Source of the DNA: Candidatus Spyradocola merdavium
GTDB taxonomy: Bacteria > Bacillota > Clostridia > Christensenellales > UBA1750
Direction of reading: 5' to 3'
Assembly (NCBI GenBank): GCA_018711265.1
Contig: DVIM01000165.1
Span: 1-53,423 of the forward strand
Length of the DNA: 53,423 nucleotides
Made by a program: the position numbers and the translations under genes. The notes beneath the pieces are model-generated. The model saw nothing but the letters and a program-made list of their open reading frames with translations. It made no database searches and was not told where the DNA came from. Below, piece by piece: positions 1-7,090 of the stretch. Every line of letters starts with the position of its first letter. Positions within the stretch are counted from its first letter, which is position 1.

Positions 1-80
1 ATAAGCTGACCTACCAGGAAGGTACAGACAATGGTGATAAGGGCGTATAAATAGGGCAATAAAATGCGTTTATTTTTCAT
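1..80 (-). CDS. Partial CDS (5' end) of an AT-rich putative membrane/secreted protein, runs off the window
   Basis: GGAG RBS then ATG at 80; open frame MKNKRILLPYLYALITIVCTFLVGQL (basic N-terminus plus hydrophobic stretch); not in the ORF track. Confidence 0.55.
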   Translation of the reverse strand, partial: MKNKRILLPYLYALITIVCTFLVGQL

Positions 81-142
81 ATCCGTCTCCTGAATACCAG
101 ATTTACTTTATACTATCAGATTATTCTGAAAAGAGCAAGAAA

Positions 143-188
143 AAGCACCGCAATCCTGATACACATTGTATCAAAATTGCAGTGCTTC
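143..188. terminator. Long imperfect hairpin abutting the tRNA-Ala 3' end
   Basis: AAGCAC-CGCAAT-CC-TGATAC-acatt-GTATCA-AA-ATTGC-A-GTGCTT; T-run follows on the minus strand. Confidence 0.6.
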
Positions 189-190
189 TT

Positions 191-266
191 TGGTGGAGCA
201 TAGGGGATTCGAACCCCTGACCTCAACATTGCGAACGTTGCGCGCTACCAACTGTGCTAATGCCCC
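191..266 (-). tRNA. tRNA-Ala(CGC)
   Basis: Reverse complement GGGGCATTAGCACAGTTGGTAGCGCG-CAACG TTCGCAA TGTTG-AGGTCAGGGGTTCGAATCCCCTATGCTCCACCA: 76 nt, G3:U70 pair, encoded CCA. Confidence 0.97.
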
Positions 267-310
267 ATATTCGCTTTTTCCATCGCCATCCATTCCGGAT
301 GACGCATATT

Positions 311-339
311 ACTATACCACGGATGGCGGGAATTTGCAA
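311..339 (-). promoter_or_regulatory. Sigma-A promoter of tRNA-Ala
   Basis: TTGCAA-17 nt-TATAGT with an extended TG on the minus strand. Confidence 0.7.
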
Positions 340-620
340 GAACTTTTTGTGTAAATTTTCGGGAGAAGGCGGAGAGAAAATGAGGGCGGTTCTTCTTGAA
401 TTCTTAACCCAATGTGCGGCGCGCGCGGGACCATCCGCGCGCGCAGAGGATGCGCGGAGGAAAAGCGCCGCGGGGGAAGGCGAAGCGGAGGCAGGGGAGC
501 CCCCCGCCTCCGCTGGATTTTTTGCGGAATTGCAGAGGATTTGTGAAGGAAATCGTGTGAACATCCAGTGAAAATCCAATTGCTATAATCAAAGATTGTT
601 ATTACGTTAAGGAACTTATT

Positions 621-1100
621 AAATATGCCGCTTCCATCTACCGGTCCTTTACGGACTACGGCCTCTTTCAGGCCCCGAACTGGGTCGGGCTGCAGAACTA
701 CATCAACATCTTCACAGTGGACTTTTTGTTTAAGCGCTCGCTCCTGACGGCGCTGAAGTTCGTGGTCATGGCCGTGCCGCTGAAGCTGATCTTTGCGCTG
801 TTTGTCTCGATGATGCGCAACAAGGCCGTGCGCGGCCTGCCCGTCAGCGACGAGGTCTATGAGGCCATCGAGCCGAACCTGACCGAGGGCGAGCGCCTCG
901 GCATGGAGATGTACCAGGCCATCAACAACGACGTGGTCACCGGCACGCCCTACTGGGCCGACACGCCTTCGGCGTACACGAGCTGGGTTTCCGAGTTCAA
1001 CGCCACGGGTGAAGCGATCATCCTGGGCGAAATGTCCGAGGAGGAAGGCTGCACCTACGTCATGACCATCGGCCAGCAGGTGGCTTCCACCCTGCAGTGA
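621..1100 (+). pseudogene. Chimeric remnant: N-terminal part of a sugar ABC permease fused in frame to the C-terminus of a solute-binding protein
   Basis: Frame reads SFTDYGLFQAPNWVGLQNYINIF...VPLKLIFALFVSMMRNKAVRG (permease-like), then LPVSDEVYEAIEP...IILGEMSEEEG (binding-protein C-terminus-like); no start codon or RBS before the permease part. Confidence 0.7.
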
Positions 1101-1119
1101 TCCCCGCCCTCCGGCGGGA

Positions 1120-1155
1120 AAGGGGCGGCGCAAGCGTTGCGCTGCCCCTCTCTTT
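1120..1155 (+). terminator. Intrinsic terminator after the chimeric ORF
   Basis: AGGGGCGGCGCAA-gcg-TTGCGCTGCCCCT then CTCTTT. Confidence 0.6.
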
Positions 1156-1218
1156 GCAGGCGGCGGGCGTAAAAAAGGGACCGGCGGCGAGCCGATCCCC
1201 CGGGGCCGGGCGCTTCTT

Positions 1219-2196
1219 TCAGCGCAGGCCCATCTCCTTTTCCACGGCCTCCATCAGGCCCTTGATGTAGCCCACGGCGAACAGGTTGCCCTGCAGGCCG
1301 TAGCTGGGCATGGCGTCGTCCTCGCCGACCATGGTCGGGACGTGGTCCGGCCGCGCGATGCCGTCAAAGCCGACCTCGTAGTAGCAGCGCATGGCCTCGT
1401 ACATGTCGGTCTTGCCGTCGTCGTGGAAGGTCTCGTGGAAGTTCGTGCGGTCGCCCTGCACGTCGCGGAAATGGACGAAGTAGATCTTGCCCATCTTGCC
1501 GAAGTGGCGGATGGCCGCGGGGATGTCCTCGCCCATGGTGGCGAAGCAGCCCTGGCAGAAGGTCATGCCGTTCATGGGGCTGTCGTAGAGGGAGAAGACG
1601 CGGTCAAAGGCCGCCGCGCTGGTCAGAATCCGGCCGATGCCGCGCAGGGAGGGGACGGGCGGATCGTCCGGGTGCAGGGCCAGGCGCACGCCGAGCTCCT
1701 CGCAGAGCGGGACGATTTCGCGCAGGAAGGCCTCCAGCGTCTGCCACAGCCGCTCCTGCGGGACCTTGCCGGCCCAGGTATCCGCAACGCCCTCCATGTC
1801 GCGCTGGGCAAAGCCCGTGACGGTCGCGCCGCCGCGGGTGGGGATGTCCGTGCGCGTGCGGAACCAACCCAGAACCGGCATCCAGTTGTAGCAGATGGTG
1901 CGGATGTCCAGCTTGGCGCAGTTGCGCAGCAGGTCCTTGAAGACCTCCAGCTCCTCCTCGGCGCCGGGCAGGCCGAGCTTGACCTTGTCCAGGGGCGTCG
2001 GGCCCTCGATGATGGAAAGGGTCAGCCCCTGGTCCGCGTACGCCTTCTTCAGGAGCGAAAGGCTCTCCAGGCTCTGCGCGGGCAGGGAGGGGTCCAGCTG
2101 GGTGGGGCCGGAGATGACGTATTGCAGGCCCATCTCCTTTTCCAGGTCCACCTTTTGTTGGTCGTAACCGCCGAAGTAGGCAAGACCGAGCTTCAT
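1219..2196 (-). CDS. uxuA: Mannonate dehydratase
   Basis: CYNWMPVLGWFRT, ALHPDDPP, TFCQGCF, HFRDV and RPDHVPTM motifs; AAGGAGG RBS. Confidence 0.92.
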   Translation of the reverse strand: MKLGLAYFGGYDQQKVDLEKEMGLQYVISGPTQLDPSLPAQSLESLSLLKKAYADQGLTLSIIEGPTPLDKVKLGLPGAEEELEVFKDLLRNCAKLDIRTICYNWMPVLGWFRTRTDIPTRGGATVTGFAQRDMEGVADTWAGKVPQERLWQTLEAFLREIVPLCEELGVRLALHPDDPPVPSLRGIGRILTSAAAFDRVFSLYDSPMNGMTFCQGCFATMGEDIPAAIRHFGKMGKIYFVHFRDVQGDRTNFHETFHDDGKTDMYEAMRCYYEVGFDGIARPDHVPTMVGEDDAMPSYGLQGNLFAVGYIKGLMEAVEKEMGLR

Positions 2197-2295
2197 GGCG
2201 TTGGTTCCTCCTTTTGCGTTCTGTGGATTCGGTCAAAAAATTGTTGGAATTTTCTTTTGCATTTTCTGCATATGCAAAAAAATTTTACCTTATAA

Positions 2296-2324
2296 ATTAT
2301 AGCATATCTGCGAGGGAATGTCAC
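2296..2324 (-). promoter_or_regulatory. uxuA promoter; candidate operator TGCATATGCA at 2267-2276 downstream of it
   Basis: GTGACA-17 nt-TATAAT with extended TG. Confidence 0.6.
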
Positions 2325-2374
2325 TGGAAATTTTGTTGAATGCGCTCTTTTTTTCTCGGGGCGGGCGCAGGCGG

Positions 2375-2403
2375 TTGACAGCCTGCGGGCAGTGTGCTAA
2401 GAT
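2375..2403 (+). promoter_or_regulatory. Sigma-A promoter of the riboswitch-MATE unit
   Basis: TTGACA-17 nt-TAAGAT with extended TG. Confidence 0.75.
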
Positions 2404-2429
2404 ACACGGAGGAAATTGCATAGCAAATC

Positions 2430-2508
2430 GGGATTCTGCCGCCGGGTAGACCCGTGCGCCGCGATCCGCATCGGTAGGCCATGAAGATGCGGACCCGGCG
2501 CTTTTTTT
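2430..2508 (+). ncRNA. Probable guanidine-IV (mepA/GGAM-1) riboswitch
   Basis: P1 TCTGCC-GCCG-GGTAGA; long P2/terminator GCGCCG..TCCGCATC-GGTAGGCCATGAA-GATGCGGA..CGGCGC-TTTTTTT; lies between a promoter and a MATE gene. Confidence 0.8.
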
Positions 2509-2525
2509 GTCAAGGAGGAGAGGAC

Positions 2526-3860
2526 ATGCAGAAATTTCGGGAACTGCGCGGGGAATTCGTGCGCTACGCGTCCTTGAGCGCGCTGGGCACGCTGGGCACC
2601 TCGTGCTACATTTTGGCGGATACGTTCTTTGTCGCCAAGGGATTGGGGACCGCGGGGCTCGCCGCGCTGAACCTGGCCATCCCCGTCTACAACCTGATCT
2701 ACGGCGTGGGGCTGATGCTGGGCATGGGCGGCGCGACGAAGTTCGCCGTCAGCGCAAGCCAGGGCGAGCGGGAGGCGGGCAACCGCGCCTATGCCATGGC
2801 GCTGCTGCTGGCGGGGATCGCCGCGGTCGCCTTCGTCGCGGCGGGGCTGCTGTTCCCGGCGGAGATCGCGCGCCTGCTGGGCGCGGATGAAGAGGTCTTC
2901 GACATGACGCGGACGTATCTGCAGGTGCTGCTGCTGTTCGCGCCGGCGTTTCTGCTCAACGCGGTGCTGGTCAGCTTTGTGCGCAACGACGGGAATCCGC
3001 GCCTGGCCATGCTGGCCACGGTCGGGGCGAGCCTGTCCAATGTGGCGCTGGACTACCTCTTCATCTTCCCCTGCGGGATGGGGATCTTTGGGGCGGTGTT
3101 CGCCACAGGCCTTGCGCCGGTGATCGGCGTGTGCATCCTGCTGCCGCACATGCTGCGGCGGGAGCGCGGCTTCCGCCTGACGCGCAGGGGGCTGCATCCG
3201 CGCCTGGCCGGCCAGGAGGCGGCCCTGGGATTCCCCTCGCTGGTGACGCAGCTCTCCTCGGCGGTGGTGATGATCACCTTTAACTTCCTGATCCTCGACC
3301 TGGCGGGGAACGTGGGCGTCGCGGCCTACGGCGTGGTGGCGAACCTGGCCCTGATCGCGGTGGGCCTGTACACGGGCGTCGCGCAGGGCGCGCAGCCGCT
3401 GCTCAGCCGCGCCTGGGGCCAGCGCGACGGGGAGGGCCTCCAGCGCCTCACCCGCTGGTCGACCTGGAGCGTGCTCGCGCTCTCCCTTGTGACCCTGGCG
3501 GTGATTCTGGCCTTCCCCGGGCCCATCGCCGCGCTGTTCAACGGCGAGGGCGACGCGGTGCTGCAGGGCATCGCGGAGCAGGGCCTGCGGCTCTACTTCC
3601 TCTCCTCGCCCTTTGCGGCCTACAACCTGCTGCTGGCCACGCTCTTTCCCTCGGTGGAGCGCGCGCTGCCCGCGCACGCCCTCTCGCTCCTGCGGGGACT
3701 GGTGCTGCTGGTGCCCGCCGCCTTTGCGTTTGCGGCGCTGTGGGGGCTCGTGGGCGTGTGGCTGGCCGCGCCGGTCACCGAGGCCGTCACGGCCGCGGCC
3801 GGATACCTCGTCCTGCGGCGGGAAAGGGCGCGCGGATTTGGCGGGGAATTGCAGTCATAA
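2526..3860 (+). CDS. MATE family efflux transporter (MepA-like), 444 aa
   Basis: CYILADTFFVAKGLG, FVRNDGNP, GVAQGAQPL; about 12 TM segments; AAGGAGGAG RBS. Confidence 0.92.
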   Translation: MQKFRELRGEFVRYASLSALGTLGTSCYILADTFFVAKGLGTAGLAALNLAIPVYNLIYGVGLMLGMGGATKFAVSASQGEREAGNRAYAMALLLAGIAAVAFVAAGLLFPAEIARLLGADEEVFDMTRTYLQVLLLFAPAFLLNAVLVSFVRNDGNPRLAMLATVGASLSNVALDYLFIFPCGMGIFGAVFATGLAPVIGVCILLPHMLRRERGFRLTRRGLHPRLAGQEAALGFPSLVTQLSSAVVMITFNFLILDLAGNVGVAAYGVVANLALIAVGLYTGVAQGAQPLLSRAWGQRDGEGLQRLTRWSTWSVLALSLVTLAVILAFPGPIAALFNGEGDAVLQGIAEQGLRLYFLSSPFAAYNLLLATLFPSVERALPAHALSLLRGLVLLVPAAFAFAALWGLVGVWLAAPVTEAVTAAAGYLVLRRERARGFGGELQS

Positions 3861-3933
3861 ACGAGCGAAAAGAGAAAAAATGGAATCCGGACGAATTTCT
3901 TTCGAAAGATCGCCCGGATTCCTTTGATTTTTC

Positions 3934-3976
3934 TTGCAAAACGGAGGGAGAGCGGCTATACTGTTTGTAATGACAA
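3934..3976 (+). promoter_or_regulatory. Promoter plus GntR/HutC-type operator
   Basis: TTGCAA-17 nt-TATACT (3934-3962), then palindrome TTGT-AATG-ACAA (3965-3976) over the expected +1. Confidence 0.7.
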
Positions 3977-4001
3977 TCGGACATCCGAGGGAGGGAGAGA
4001 C

Positions 4002-5540
4002 ATGCGGACGGGGGAACGCTACATCCTGGCGCACGACCTGGGCACGAGCGGCAACAAGGCCACGCTCTACGACGAGGCGGGGAACCTGCGGTGCAGCGCG
4101 GTCTGCGGGTACGAAACGCGCTACCCGCGCGACCGCTTTGTGGAGCAGGACCCGGAGGATTGGTGGCGCGCGGTCTGCAAGAGCACGCGCGACCTGATGG
4201 AAAAGGCGGGGATCGGCCCGGAGGCCGTGCTCGGCGTCAGCTTCAGCGGCATGATGATGGGCTGCCTGCCCGTGGACGGGGCGGGCAAGGCCCTGCGGCC
4301 CATGATCCTCTGGGCGGACACGCGCGCCGACCGGCAGGAGCGGGAGATGATCGCGCGCGCGGGGATGGCGCGCGGTTACCGCATCACCGGGCACCGGCTC
4401 AGCGCCTCCTACTCGGCGGCAAAGCTGCTCTGGGTGCGGGACAACGAGCCGGAGGTCTACGAGAAGACCGGTAAGATGCTCAACGCCAAGGACTACATCG
4501 TCTTCCGGCTCACGGGGGAGTTCGCGACGGACTACAGCGACGCCTCGGGCACAAACCTGCTGGACATCGAAAAGAAGGTCTGGTCGGACGAGATGCTGCG
4601 CGCCCTGGACATCCCCGCGCGCCTGCTGCCGCCGCTGCACCGCTCCAGCGACGTCATCGGCGGCGTGACGGAGGAGGCCGCGCGGGCGACCGGTCTGCTC
4701 GCAGGCACGCCCGTGGTCCTGGGCGGGGGCGACGGCTCCTGCGCGTGCGTGGGCGCGGGCGTCGTGCGGCCCGGCCGCGCCTACAACGTCCTGGGCTCCT
4801 CGTCGTGGATCTCGCTCGCGGCGGAAAAGCCGCTGTTTGACGAGGAGATGCGCACCTTTACCTGGGTGCACCTGGACGAGAAGCTCTACACGCCCTGCGG
4901 AACCATGCAGGCCGCGGGCTATTCCTACAGCTGGTTCCGCGACGCGCTGGGCGGGGAGGAAAAGCGCCTGGCCGCCGAGCAGGGCGTAAGCGCCTACGAT
5001 CTGCTCAACCGCCTGGCGGAGGGCTCCGCGCCGGGGGCGCGGGGCGTGCTCTACCTGCCGTACCTGCTGGGCGAGCGCTCGCCCCGGTGGGACCACGACG
5101 CGCGCGGCGCGTTCCTGGGCCTCGGGGTGGGGACGACAAAGGGCGACCTCGTGCGCGCGGTGCTGGAGGGCGTGGGCTATAACCTAAAGATCATCCGCGA
5201 CATCCTGCGGCGCAGCGAGCCCATGGACAGCCTGACCGTCATCGGCGGCGGGGCCAAGGGCCGGACCTGGCTGCAGATCCTTGCGGACATCTGGGAGCAG
5301 GAGCTGACGCTGCCCCGCTACCGCGAGGAGGCCACGAGCATGGGCGCCGCCATCTGCGCCGGCGTGGGGCTGCGCCTGTACCCGGACTATTCCGTGGCCG
5401 AATCGCTCAACCCCGGGGAGGAGACCGTGCGGCCCAATCCCCAAAACGCCCCGGCCTACGAGCGCGCCTTCGCGCGGTTCGACGAGGCCTATGAGGCGCT
5501 GCGCCCGGTCTTTGCCCGCATGGCGGAGGACCGGGCATGA
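4002..5540 (+). CDS. FGGY carbohydrate kinase (xylulokinase-like), 512 aa
   Basis: HDLGTSGNKA, ILWADTRA, TDYSDASGT, YLPYLLGERSP, IGGGAKG motifs. Confidence 0.9.
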   Translation: MRTGERYILAHDLGTSGNKATLYDEAGNLRCSAVCGYETRYPRDRFVEQDPEDWWRAVCKSTRDLMEKAGIGPEAVLGVSFSGMMMGCLPVDGAGKALRPMILWADTRADRQEREMIARAGMARGYRITGHRLSASYSAAKLLWVRDNEPEVYEKTGKMLNAKDYIVFRLTGEFATDYSDASGTNLLDIEKKVWSDEMLRALDIPARLLPPLHRSSDVIGGVTEEAARATGLLAGTPVVLGGGDGSCACVGAGVVRPGRAYNVLGSSSWISLAAEKPLFDEEMRTFTWVHLDEKLYTPCGTMQAAGYSYSWFRDALGGEEKRLAAEQGVSAYDLLNRLAEGSAPGARGVLYLPYLLGERSPRWDHDARGAFLGLGVGTTKGDLVRAVLEGVGYNLKIIRDILRRSEPMDSLTVIGGGAKGRTWLQILADIWEQELTLPRYREEATSMGAAICAGVGLRLYPDYSVAESLNPGEETVRPNPQNAPAYERAFARFDEAYEALRPVFARMAEDRA

Positions 5541-5577
5541 CAAGTGGAAAATCATCTAGGGCGGAGGGACGGGAACG

Positions 5578-6324
5578 ATGCTGAACTATACGCTGCACAA
5601 GGACATACCGGTTCCGCTGTACTACCAACTCAAGCTGCAGATCCTGGCAGACATCAAGGAGGGGCGCCTGCACGTGGGCGACATGCTGCCGCCCGAGTGC
5701 GAGCTGTGCAAGGAGATGGGCATCAGCCGGCCCACGGTGCGCCAGGCCATGGGCGAACTGGTCGCCGAGGGCCATTTGACCCGCTGCAAGGGCAAGGGCA
5801 CGTTCGTCTCCGCGCCGTCGGTGCGGCCGGTGGACGCGCGCTTCTTCCAGGGCCTGCAGAGCTTCAATGAAGAGATGCTGCAAAAGGGCCTTGCGCCCTC
5901 CACGCGCGTGCTGGCGCTGGAGATGGTCTCCAACCGGGAGGACATCGCCGCCACCCTGCGCCTTGCGGAGGACAAGCGCCTCATCCACCTGAGCCGGCTG
6001 CGCAGCGCGGACGGCCAGCCGCTGGTGGTGGTGGACACCTGGCTGCCCTACGCGCGCTTCCGCGGGCTCATGGAGGAGGACTTTGAGGTCAAGAGCCTGT
6101 ATGCCCTGCTGGAGCAGAAGTACAACCTGCGCGTGGACCGCGCCACGCGGCAGTTCGAGGCGGCGGGCGTCGCCCCGGAGGACGCCGCGCTCCTGGGCAT
6201 GGATGCCGGGCGCGCCGTCTGCCGCGTCTATACCCTGGCCTATGCCAAGAACCAGCCCGTGGAGCACTCCATCGCGCGCTACCGCGGCGACCGCAATATC
6301 TTCACCGTCGAATTGTTCCGCTGA
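5578..6324 (+). CDS. GntR family (HutC/UTRA) transcriptional regulator
   Basis: PLYYQL..LPPECEL..ISRPTVRQA..GKGTFV wHTH plus UTRA-type C-terminus. Confidence 0.92.
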   Translation: MLNYTLHKDIPVPLYYQLKLQILADIKEGRLHVGDMLPPECELCKEMGISRPTVRQAMGELVAEGHLTRCKGKGTFVSAPSVRPVDARFFQGLQSFNEEMLQKGLAPSTRVLALEMVSNREDIAATLRLAEDKRLIHLSRLRSADGQPLVVVDTWLPYARFRGLMEEDFEVKSLYALLEQKYNLRVDRATRQFEAAGVAPEDAALLGMDAGRAVCRVYTLAYAKNQPVEHSIARYRGDRNIFTVELFR

Positions 6325-6350
6325 GGGCGGAAGAAAGGAAGGATTTCGCT

Positions 6351-7028
6351 ATGAATGCATCGCAGCTGGCCCAGTACTTTGACCACACGCTCCTGCGCGC
6401 GGACGCCACGCCCGCGGACTTTGCAGCCTTTTGCGCGGACTGCCGACGCTATGGGTTCGCCATGGCGGCCATCAATTCCGCGCCTGTGCGCCGGGTCAAG
6501 GAGCTCCTGCGCGGCTCGCCCGTGCACGTCGGCGCGGCCATCGGCTTCCCGCTCGGGCAGACGCGCATCGACGTCAAGCTCCTGGAGACGCGCCTGGCCA
6601 TCGAGGACGGCGCGGACGAGATCGACTACGTCGTGAACCTGACGGAGCTCAAGGCCGGAAACCTGGACTACGTGCAGCGGGAGATGGCCTCCATCGCCGC
6701 CCTCTGCCGGGAAAAGGGCGTTCTCTCCAAGGTCATCTTTGAGAACTGCTACCTCACCGACGCGGAGAAGCGCAGCCTCTGCGCCATCGCCCGCGAGGTC
6801 GGTCCGGACTTTGTCAAGACCTCCACGGGCTTTGGAACCGGCGGCGCCACGTTCGCGGACGTGGAGCTCATGGTGCGCGAGGTCGGCCCGGGCGTCCGCG
6901 TCAAGGCGGCCGGCGGCATCCGCACGCTGGAGGACGCCCTGCGCTACATCGAACTGGGCGTTTCCCGCATCGGCTCGACCGCGAGCGTGCGCATCGTCGA
7001 CGCCTTCCGCGAAAAGTACGGCGAATAA
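6351..7028 (+). CDS. deoC: Deoxyribose-phosphate aldolase
   Basis: DHTLL, IGFPLG, GADEIDYV, KVIFE, FVKTSTGF, VKAAGGIR, RIGST. Confidence 0.93.
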   Translation: MNASQLAQYFDHTLLRADATPADFAAFCADCRRYGFAMAAINSAPVRRVKELLRGSPVHVGAAIGFPLGQTRIDVKLLETRLAIEDGADEIDYVVNLTELKAGNLDYVQREMASIAALCREKGVLSKVIFENCYLTDAEKRSLCAIAREVGPDFVKTSTGFGTGGATFADVELMVREVGPGVRVKAAGGIRTLEDALRYIELGVSRIGSTASVRIVDAFREKYGE

Positions 7029-7044
7029 CCCCAAAAGCAAACGT

Positions 7045-7073
7045 CCCCCGCGCTTCCATGGGAAGCGCGGGGG
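7045..7073. terminator. Hairpin between the convergent deoC and DUF3825 genes
   Basis: CCCCCGCGCTTCC-atg-GGAAGCGCGGGGG. Confidence 0.7.
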
Positions 7074-7090
7074 CCTCTTGCCTCGTCCAA

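Noticed and set aside
166-354. 62-aa ORF containing HRGFEPLTS
   Set aside because: Translation of the tRNA-Ala antisense strand.
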